Assembly: GCA_046290225.1 (NCBI GenBank)
Contig: JBKAGE010000038.1
Coordinates: 265,491-329,490, forward strand
DNA: 64,000 bases
Direction of reading: 5' to 3'
From: Bradymonadia bacterium
GTDB lineage: Bacteria > Myxococcota_A > Bradymonadia > UBA7976 > UBA1532
The notes below the pieces were generated by a model, which saw only the letters and a program-made list of their open reading frames with translations, made no database searches and was not told the origin of the DNA. This document shows, one piece after another, positions 20,199 through 28,039 of this stretch (position 1 is the first letter of the stretch; every line of letters starts with the position of its first letter). Both the position numbers and the translations under genes were made by a program.

Positions 20199-21103
20199 CA
20201 GGGCGGCTGCTCTCCTCGATAGGTGACGGGGATCTCGATCCAGCGCAGGGCGCTGTTCTCTCGGGCATTTTTGGCGGTGGTGCCTGCGAGCCCCTCGAGG
20301 CCCTTCGCTTCTTTGGCCAGGGCGACATACACGAAGCGCTTGCCGGTGCGCGTACCGAAGATCGCACCGGCTTTGGCCTTGAGCAAGAAGGCGCCCTTGC
20401 GCTCCTTGATCTCGGTGGTGACGGCCTTCAGGCCCTCAGGGGTGTCAACAAAGACCTGCAGCGCGGGTGCCTTCCCGTCTGGGGCTTGCTCGGGCTTCAG
20501 GGTGATACGGATCTCGCTCACAGCGTCGAAGATGCGCTTGGCGTGGGGGTCCTCCTCGCCACGGATCTCTTGAATCATGCCCTGAACGGCGGCGACCTGG
20601 TAAGGCGAAGGCGGGGGCAGGCTGTCGGGGCGCATCAGCACCAGCACCAGGGCAGCAGCGGCGGCGATCACCCCGCTCCCGGCCCACGTGGTCCACCTTT
20701 TGGGAAACGGCACCACATTGCTGGGGCCCTCCTTGATGTTGGACGCTTCGCTGGAAGAAACAGCCTTTGCGATTCCGGCGCCTTCACCTTCGAGGAGGGT
20801 GTCGGAGTTGACCTGTTTCTCGATCTCGCCCACGGCCCACTGCTCCATGTCGCCAAGGGGCGCATCGAGGTCGTAGAGCATGGCTCTGGCGGCAGGATCT
20901 TCGACGAGCGCCTGCTCCACCTCGGCGGCCTCTTCGTCGCTGAGCGTGCCAGCCCGTAGAGCGAGGATGGTCTCGAGGGGTACCCCCTCGCCCTCTGGCT
21001 CAGCCGCTTCTTCATCTGGTGACGATGGCAAGTCTTCGAGCACGCCACCGAGGGCCCGGAGTCGGGCGTCGAGGGCTTCGTCGTTGGGTGTGTGCTCGGT
21101 CAT
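20198..21103 (-). CDS. Single-pass membrane anti-sigma factor-like protein
   Basis: N-terminal degenerate ZAS-like segment GTLSDEEAAEVEQAL; NVVPF followed by TM IAAAAALVLVL; extracytoplasmic domain; TGATG coupling to the sigma gene; AAGGA precedes ATG 21103. Confidence 0.75.
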   Translation of the reverse strand: MTEHTPNDEALDARLRALGGVLEDLPSSPDEEAAEPEGEGVPLETILALRAGTLSDEEAAEVEQALVEDPAARAMLYDLDAPLGDMEQWAVGEIEKQVNSDTLLEGEGAGIAKAVSSSEASNIKEGPSNVVPFPKRWTTWAGSGVIAAAAALVLVLMRPDSLPPPSPYQVAAVQGMIQEIRGEEDPHAKRIFDAVSEIRITLKPEQAPDGKAPALQVFVDTPEGLKAVTTEIKERKGAFLLKAKAGAIFGTRTGKRFVYVALAKEAKGLEGLAGTTAKNARENSALRWIEIPVTYRGEQPP

Positions 21104-21227
21104 GGCGCGTTCCTTTTGGACCCTGCACGGGCCCACCGGCAGTCTGACACATTCTGACGATGGGCTCACCTTCTGTGGGTGAGCTCACTGGGATCTACGT
21201 GAAATGGGGTGGTGCTCTTTTGGTAAG

Positions 21228-21527
21228 AGAGAGTTTGTCGGGCACGGGCACGGGCACGGGCACGAGTTGATACATATTCTGACCCGTGGCCCTTCCTGAA
21301 CTCAGGGCGAAGGTTACAACTGAAGCTGAGATGATGTGTTGTTGAACGACCTGAGAGTTCAGGTCTTGGGGTGTATGGAGGCCAAAAGTCGCACTGAGCA
21401 AAGCGTGGGGCTGGATGAAGGCTCCACCATCACAAACCCATGAGCGGAGTCATATAGGACAACGGGTCCAGATATGTATCAACTCGTGCCCGTGCCCGTG
21501 CCCGTGCCCGTGCCCGAAAAACTCTCT
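21228..21527. mobile_element. 300-bp MITE-like element with ~65-bp inverted repeats containing (CGGGCA)n
   Basis: Left arm AGAGAGTTTGT(CGGGCA)4CGAGTTGATACATAT; right arm reverse complement AGAGAGTTTTT(CGGGCA)5CGAGTTGATACATAT; no convincing internal gene. Mobility is inferred. Confidence 0.6.
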
Positions 21528-23895
21528 ATTTAAGCTGCATTGCCGAGGTATCCACAGCCCACGCCTTACCGAACTGAGTAATGGTGGCCACGAGCTGGGC
21601 TTTCTCGATGTTCACGATGCCCTTGGGCACCGCGAGATACTTGAAGAAGGCGCTGTCACCGGGGCGATAACCCTGACCATTGCTGGGCACAGCCAGGGGG
21701 AGGTAGGCCTGCTTGCCGTATTTGTCGGTGAGGAGCAGGTAAGGGCTGGTGAAGCGGGTGGTGGCGATGTCGTACTTGCTGCTGAAGTTGATGCTCACAT
21801 TGAGGTAGGGGAAGAGGTTGAGTACGGCGCAATCTGGACAGAGGGGCACTCGAGGCTGCGGGCCCACAGCACCAAGCGCATCACGACGCAGTCGGTCAGG
21901 CGGCTCACCCACAATCTGTGCAGGGCCAAAGCGCACATCATCATTGTTGGTGCAGTCCGTCCAGTCTACGCATGCATCATCACTCGTACCTGGCGCGTTG
22001 GCGGTGCACTGAGGTGCCGGCTCGGCCCCCTCCGGATCATACCCTGGCGGATTCCCGGGGAACGCATCACACACCTCCAGCCACTCCGCACATCGATCGA
22101 TGACATCAGGGCCTTGGCCTTGAGCCAGGCACCCAATGGCGGAGAGCAGCTCCCCACACTGCACCAGGTCATCAGCCGCCCCGACATTGAGAGCCCGCAC
22201 TGGATATCCCTGCCATGTTGAACGGTTGAGGTCATATGCGGTCAGGTAGAGCAGATCGCTCAGCTGGGCCCCACTCAACCGGGGTACTAGAGGGTCTGCG
22301 CTCCGCGCAGCGCCCAGATATGCCAACGCCCGTGCGAGGGCGCCCGTGGTCAGGGCAGCAGACACCGAAGTGCCCGTGTATGCTTCTGGGGCACCCGCGA
22401 GCGCACCTTGGGGTGTGAACACGTGCGCCCCTGGTGCGACGAGGCGGGGCTCTGCCAAGGCTCGGGGGATCGACACACCTGTCGGGGTGCCACGGGCATT
22501 GATCGCGCCGACAGCAAAAGACAGCGCCTCCCCCGCAACACATCCTTGCTGTTGATCAGACTTCACAGTGGTGCGGCTGTACTCACCAGGAAACAGCATT
22601 GGAGGCCGTGTAAGCTCTCCTCCGAGCCACCACCCATCTGTGCACGCGTCGAGGGGCTGGTTCTCATCCACCTTGTGCAACTCGGCCCGCTCACCGTTCA
22701 GTGGGCGATTGCCTGCAGCGGCAACGGCGAGGATCGGCCTCGCTGCAGTGTCCTGCTCCTGGGCGACAGCGAGCATGTAGCGCACCACGGCGCCAACTCC
22801 GTCCTCCTCTATGGCACAGCCCGGGCCACGAAGCGTACGTACACGCTCGTATTCTGGTAGCCAGCCGAGGCTGAGGTTCAACAGCAGGGGCCGGGCGGGG
22901 TCGAGCCCGTACACGGCCTCATCGATGGCCACACCCGTGAAGGCGGTGACCCCGACCCCTTCTGCGTCCATCACTTGCCAGGAGAAGATCTCTGCCGCTG
23001 TATCCGGCACCATCTGACGGATAAAGCCCACCATGGCGTCACCATGCTCGTTCACCCCAGCAGCAGCAGGATCAGGGTAGCGCCCCACGACGTCCACAGT
23101 GGGGATCGCCGCGTTGGAGACCCCAGTGTCGATGAGAGCGATTTGAGGCAGATCCCCCGCTGGTGGAGCGGGGACCTGCTGAGCAGGAGCGACGCTCATA
23201 TAGTCGAGGTGCCATCGATCGACCCCCGCCATCGGGCTGACGTTGCACGCCTCTCGCCCGATCTTCACCTGAGCGGCCTGAGCTGCGGTGAGACCATAGT
23301 CGGGGGCGAGCTGTGACACGATCTGACGCACCTGGGCGACAGCGTTGCATTGGGCGGGACCCAAGATGGGCAGGTAGGGATCCTGAGCGATGCCCTGGCC
23401 CACAAATCGAATACGCCAGAACCGCTGATGGCCATCAGCACGCCGACCATTCACATCTCGAAAAGGCAACACCGACGTCACCTCAACATCGACGCCGTTG
23501 CCGATGGCTGTACGGCATGGATCCCCACACGCATCGGCAGCACAAAACCAGGACTCGTCCACCACCCCAGTGAGCGCATCGTCGAGCTCTGTTTGGAACG
23601 CGCCCAAGAGTGGGTTCTGGGGTACCTCACTCGGCGCAGGTAGCCAAAGTGGGAAGTCCACGAAGAGCACTCGGGCTTCAGCACAGCTGTAGGGCGCCTC
23701 CGGCTCACCCGCGATCCCCAAGCTGGGGGGGGATGGATCACAGGGCCCCGGCGCAGGCTCTTGAGGCGTAGCAGACTGTATACATTGATTCTGAGCAGCA
23801 CTCTGGCCCGCGAGGAGCAGGCCCGTGATCATGAGCAACATCACACGTGAGTGCTGCATGAAGGCTGAATGTTGTCGTGCTCGGTGCATCTTCAT
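21526..23895 (-). CDS. Secreted S8 (subtilisin-like) serine peptidase
   Basis: IALIDTG (Asp), EHG (His), NLSLG, AAAGN (oxyanion hole), GTSVSAA (Ser); signal peptide. Start approximate (23895 or 23889). Confidence 0.88.
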   Translation of the reverse strand: MKMHRARQHSAFMQHSRVMLLMITGLLLAGQSAAQNQCIQSATPQEPAPGPCDPSPPSLGIAGEPEAPYSCAEARVLFVDFPLWLPAPSEVPQNPLLGAFQTELDDALTGVVDESWFCAADACGDPCRTAIGNGVDVEVTSVLPFRDVNGRRADGHQRFWRIRFVGQGIAQDPYLPILGPAQCNAVAQVRQIVSQLAPDYGLTAAQAAQVKIGREACNVSPMAGVDRWHLDYMSVAPAQQVPAPPAGDLPQIALIDTGVSNAAIPTVDVVGRYPDPAAAGVNEHGDAMVGFIRQMVPDTAAEIFSWQVMDAEGVGVTAFTGVAIDEAVYGLDPARPLLLNLSLGWLPEYERVRTLRGPGCAIEEDGVGAVVRYMLAVAQEQDTAARPILAVAAAGNRPLNGERAELHKVDENQPLDACTDGWWLGGELTRPPMLFPGEYSRTTVKSDQQQGCVAGEALSFAVGAINARGTPTGVSIPRALAEPRLVAPGAHVFTPQGALAGAPEAYTGTSVSAALTTGALARALAYLGAARSADPLVPRLSGAQLSDLLYLTAYDLNRSTWQGYPVRALNVGAADDLVQCGELLSAIGCLAQGQGPDVIDRCAEWLEVCDAFPGNPPGYDPEGAEPAPQCTANAPGTSDDACVDWTDCTNNDDVRFGPAQIVGEPPDRLRRDALGAVGPQPRVPLCPDCAVLNLFPYLNVSINFSSKYDIATTRFTSPYLLLTDKYGKQAYLPLAVPSNGQGYRPGDSAFFKYLAVPKGIVNIEKAQLVATITQFGKAWAVDTSAMQLK

Positions 23896-23988
23896 CCTCT
23901 CCGTCACCTGATGGGCCAGGGCCCCCAATGCCCTGAACCTACGCAGTTCCACGACGACTTCTTTTGGCGTCGGCGCTTTCGAGGCTGA

Positions 23989-26706
23989 TCACCTCGACCA
24001 CAGCCGAAAGGCTCTCCACACCTCGTCACCACGCTGCTGGGCTCGCTTTTGGGCCTCGTGAAAGGCCCTCGGCGTGCCCTGGGTAGGATACAGGCGATAG
24101 AAGTCTTTCATAAACTCTAAAGACTCCCCATCCTCAATTGGCCGTTCGGTCCCCACGACGAACCGGGCACCTGCGATCAAGAACGCCTCTGGTAGGCCAA
24201 TGCGAGCACCCCCTTTGACATTGCCTCCCTTGCCGGTGTCGCACCCATTGAGCACCAGAGTCTCTGCTTTTACTTGTGTCTGAAGCACGTCTTCCACGCT
24301 GAGGGTCTGACGCTCACTCAACCTGAGGTGTGAGGTCCAAGGATCTCCGTGTCGAATCACGCCATGGCCTGCAAAGTGAACGAGGCGGCTGTGTTGAATG
24401 CTCTCGATGAGGTTCGCTCGGGTGGCTTCGGAGCCAACCTTGAGGTTGATCTGCAGTGCGTTGTTGCCGAGCAGATCATTCAACGCCTGAGCCTCAACTC
24501 TCGCACCAGGTAGATTGCTTTCGGGGTCTGCCAGAAGCGTGAATGGCCCTTCGGAGAGCGCAGACGAAACACCAGGCACAGGCACCATGCTCGTCACGAG
24601 ATGGCGTGCACTGAGTGGCTGGCCGTTCAACTCGAGCTCAGCAAGATCGAACTCACGGAGCGGGCTGGTCAGCAAAACCTGAGTGCCCTCCCCCAGGGTA
24701 CGCTTCGTGAGCCATGCCTTGAGCGTCTTCGAGTTGCACTCGCTCAAGTAATGATCTTTGAATGCAACCGCCTCGGCGGCTCGATGGAGCACCGTACAGG
24801 CATCGCCTGAGGGATAGACGATGAGTTCAAAGGTGTGACTACCCGCTTCAGGGCGGATCGCATAGCGAGTCGAATGCGTATCGGAGGGCTTGAAAAAGGC
24901 GCTCTCAACCTCTTTTTTCAGGCTGTGTTTGATAGCCTCGGCCTGACTGTTCAATACCCTAATCTCACGCTCATCATATGCCAGCGCGATCTCTGATTCG
25001 AGTGCCTCTAGACGCTTCTTGAGCAGCCTGGCTCCTTGACTCTCAGACACACTCCGTTGGGCAACCTGATACAACACAGTATAAAAATTGGATACGGCGA
25101 GCATGATAACAGTCTCCACACAATCGGTATCCATCTGGGATTGGCAGAACCCCATCGCCTCTGAAAAGACATCACCATTGTCGCCAATGTAGCTCGAAAA
25201 CCCGTGTCGTGCCGAGGCATTTGCCGCCGACGCCACCAATAGCCCCGACGCCTTGAGATACATTGTACGTGCCTCTACATGCGCCTTCTGCGCTCGATAC
25301 ACACGTGCGAGCCCCAAAGTAGCCCGCCAGACGAGATCTGATGCCTCACTCCGGGTCTGGCTCAGTTCGGCATCGAGAAGGGCCTGATAGCCACTCATGG
25401 CCTCTGATACCTGCCCACGTGAGAACGCCAGCTCAGCTCGAATGAGACGCCAGAGCCTCTGGCTTTCGGGCTTCATACGGCCTTTTAGCCTGTTCAGATA
25501 TGCCTCTGCCCTTTCGAGTTCTCCATATTGGTACTCGAACCACGCTAAGTTAAGCGCTGCTGAAACCTCGACATCCTCTTCTGACAGTGCCTTTGCATGC
25601 TCTAAGAGATCAACCAAAGCCAGTTTCGACTGTTCGACCTTCTGATTTTGCTCAGATGCTGCATTGGCATTAAGTGCAATGCCTAGAATGCCAGCTTTGC
25701 CCTGCAGGCAGTAGGAAGCTGGAAGACCTTCACATCCCTCGACAATACTCAACAATTCAGGCAATAGCTGGCTGACCCCATCGAGTCGCCCAAGTCGATA
25801 GTTCACATCAAGAAGTTCCAGTCCCAAGGCACTTGTTTCCATTGGACTACCCCCTCCTCTGGAAACAGTATATGCCTCTCGATACTTCAATAGAGCTCTG
25901 TGAAACTCAGACTCAGTAATGAGTTTGAGGGCTTCGTAGTAGAGTCCCCTCGCCCGCCCCCCATAGTCCACCTCCAGCACATATCGCTCCCCCGCCTTCA
26001 GCATCCCCGTCACATCATCCAGTCGCATGTCCATCAGCGCGTAGTACGCACACGCCCGATGTCGCGCCCCTGCCTCTGAGACCCAGCCCAGCGACTCCGC
26101 AGTCTTCGCCGCCTCGAGCCACATCTCGCAGGCCTCCCCCTGTCGCCCCAGGCGTCCGAGCACGCGGCCCAGCTCCACCTGAGCCCACATCAGGTCTTCG
26201 CCCTTCAGCTCGGTAACCCGCGCCCTCAACAGCGCTTCCGCCGGCTTCAGCTCGCCTTTCTTGCGCAGCTTCACCGCCTCAGCCTGGGTCGGGCGCTCAC
26301 CTGGAGGCACGTCCCAGCGGGCGCGCCAGCGGCCCACCTCTCGCTCGTGGGCGTCTACCAGTCGCAACACCCCAGAGCTCAGCTCAGGCAGGCCCTCGGC
26401 CTCCACTTGGAACAGCCAGCCCCCCATGCGCTCCAGCAGCTTCACCTTCAGCGGCCGCTCGGCCCCTTGCGCGGGTGCCCAGAGCACCTGCCAAGCCTTC
26501 ACTTGAAGCGGACCCTCCACCCGGACCGATGGGCGCTTTTGCGCGTCGAACAGCCAGATCTCATCGCGATGAATCGCGCGGTAGCCCCAGAGTTGTAGCG
26601 CCACCGACTCCATCGGTGGAGGCGCGGGCTTTGGCGCAGGCGGAGGCTCCGAGCAAGCCCCGAGCAGGGCCATCCAGACGCACAGCCAGATCGTACGGTG
26701 ACCCAT
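23989..26706 (-). CDS. Lipoprotein with TPR-like repeats and C-terminal CHAT (caspase-like) protease domain
   Basis: Lipobox ALLGAC; helical TPR-like centre; NLPGARVEA, VHFAGHG (His), LVLNGCDTG (Cys), AFLIAGARFVVGT, WRAF. Confidence 0.88.
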   Translation of the reverse strand: MGHRTIWLCVWMALLGACSEPPPAPKPAPPPMESVALQLWGYRAIHRDEIWLFDAQKRPSVRVEGPLQVKAWQVLWAPAQGAERPLKVKLLERMGGWLFQVEAEGLPELSSGVLRLVDAHEREVGRWRARWDVPPGERPTQAEAVKLRKKGELKPAEALLRARVTELKGEDLMWAQVELGRVLGRLGRQGEACEMWLEAAKTAESLGWVSEAGARHRACAYYALMDMRLDDVTGMLKAGERYVLEVDYGGRARGLYYEALKLITESEFHRALLKYREAYTVSRGGGSPMETSALGLELLDVNYRLGRLDGVSQLLPELLSIVEGCEGLPASYCLQGKAGILGIALNANAASEQNQKVEQSKLALVDLLEHAKALSEEDVEVSAALNLAWFEYQYGELERAEAYLNRLKGRMKPESQRLWRLIRAELAFSRGQVSEAMSGYQALLDAELSQTRSEASDLVWRATLGLARVYRAQKAHVEARTMYLKASGLLVASAANASARHGFSSYIGDNGDVFSEAMGFCQSQMDTDCVETVIMLAVSNFYTVLYQVAQRSVSESQGARLLKKRLEALESEIALAYDEREIRVLNSQAEAIKHSLKKEVESAFFKPSDTHSTRYAIRPEAGSHTFELIVYPSGDACTVLHRAAEAVAFKDHYLSECNSKTLKAWLTKRTLGEGTQVLLTSPLREFDLAELELNGQPLSARHLVTSMVPVPGVSSALSEGPFTLLADPESNLPGARVEAQALNDLLGNNALQINLKVGSEATRANLIESIQHSRLVHFAGHGVIRHGDPWTSHLRLSERQTLSVEDVLQTQVKAETLVLNGCDTGKGGNVKGGARIGLPEAFLIAGARFVVGTERPIEDGESLEFMKDFYRLYPTQGTPRAFHEAQKRAQQRGDEVWRAFRLWSR

Positions 26707-26900
26707 GGGCCTCCTGACTCCTCAAGCGGCCTCATCGCACTCTGCAATCGGCCACCAGCATACGCCCCCCGCCAGTTGAGCCAGGGTGTCTCTCAGCGGG
26801 GCAGCTTGTCCAGAGCCGGAGCAAACTCTGAGGCGGTGCCGCAAGGGTCAGTCAGCAAAATGTCTGAAGATCCTCCCGTCTCAGGACGTCGCCGAACAAC

Positions 26901-27905
26901 ATGCGATACATCATGCCCCTTCTCCTGTGCCTCCCGATGCTCGCCCACAGCCATCCTGCCAGTCAGGGCACGCTCGTGCGGGCCATCGACACCTTCACCC
27001 ACCACCTGCAAGACCAGCGATACCCTGCAGCCCTGTCCTCGGCGGCCAAGGCCTTGGGCAATGCCGCTGAAGATCTCGCGCACGCCCGGCGGGGAGACGG
27101 CCGCCGCCGTGCATATCACCAACAATACCGTCAGCTCAGAGTCATGGTGGCCCGTGAAGGCCAGCGAGATGACCTGCTGCTCGATCTTTGGGACGATGTC
27201 GTGCGTCACAGCCCTGCTCGACGCCATCGTCGATACGACAGGCCTGCTCTCAATACACAGAGCTTGGATACCCTCGGCCGGGCCTGTGACGACATTTTCC
27301 CTCGGGCTCAGATCCCACGATGTGTCTCTTTGATCCGTGGTCACCCTGACGGCATCGCCCTCGTGAAGGCCTGTGGCGACGCCATGGGCGACGATCGCGC
27401 CGAGCTTCAGTGCGTCGAATTTGCCAGTCAGACCCGCTTCGCAGCGGCCCCCATGGTGCAGATGTGCGAGCAGGCCATGGGCAACGATCAAAAAGAGCTC
27501 GAGTGCATCAAGGCCGCTCGCCAAGGTGACTCCAGCATCACCAAGGTCATCTCTGCCTGTGAAGACGTCATGGACGGTGACGACGCCGAGTTGAAGTGCG
27601 TGGTGGCGGCGAGCAGCCTTCATGGCTTCCCCGAGGCCACGGTGCGGGCCTGTGACGCGGCCTTCAGTGGAGACGACTGGGAGCTGCGGTGCATCGACGC
27701 AGCTGCCGGTGGCCATGACATGGGACCCGTGGTCAAAGCCTGTGAAGAGGCCATGAGCAATGACGAGAACGAGCTGAAGTGCGTGCAGCTCGTGGCCCAG
27801 CGATCAACCGGGCGGCGCGTCGGCGCTGAGGCGGTGCGGTGGTGTGACGATCAGTTCAGCCAGGACGCCCGGGCGCTCACGTGTATCCAAGAGACCTTCA
27901 GGTAG
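26901..27905 (+). CDS. Secreted protein with ~6 Cys-pair helical repeats
   Basis: Repeats of about 31 aa such as VKACGDAMGDDRAELQCV and ISACEDVMDGDDAELKCV; hydrophobic N-terminus. Confidence 0.7.
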   Translation: MRYIMPLLLCLPMLAHSHPASQGTLVRAIDTFTHHLQDQRYPAALSSAAKALGNAAEDLAHARRGDGRRRAYHQQYRQLRVMVAREGQRDDLLLDLWDDVVRHSPARRHRRYDRPALNTQSLDTLGRACDDIFPRAQIPRCVSLIRGHPDGIALVKACGDAMGDDRAELQCVEFASQTRFAAAPMVQMCEQAMGNDQKELECIKAARQGDSSITKVISACEDVMDGDDAELKCVVAASSLHGFPEATVRACDAAFSGDDWELRCIDAAAGGHDMGPVVKACEEAMSNDENELKCVQLVAQRSTGRRVGAEAVRWCDDQFSQDARALTCIQETFR

Positions 27906-28039
27906 CCATTCCTCCATACATGACACAGTGGATTCGCCTGACAGATGACTGTGGGCGTGGTAAGAGCAGGCCCCGATCATCTCGGATTTGCTCCACCCCA
28001 CGATGGGTGGGCCCACCGGCAGGAGGAGGCCGGTTGCCT

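Noticed and set aside
21195..22221. Short ORFs encoding VPVPVP or CPCPCP
   Set aside because: They are translation artefacts of the hexamer microsatellite, and 21415-22221 is antisense to the S8 gene.
19527..26706. Type III-E CRISPR (Craspase) locus
   Set aside because: There is no Cas7-11 or array, and the CHAT protein has a lipoprotein signal. Only the regulatory logic is analogous.
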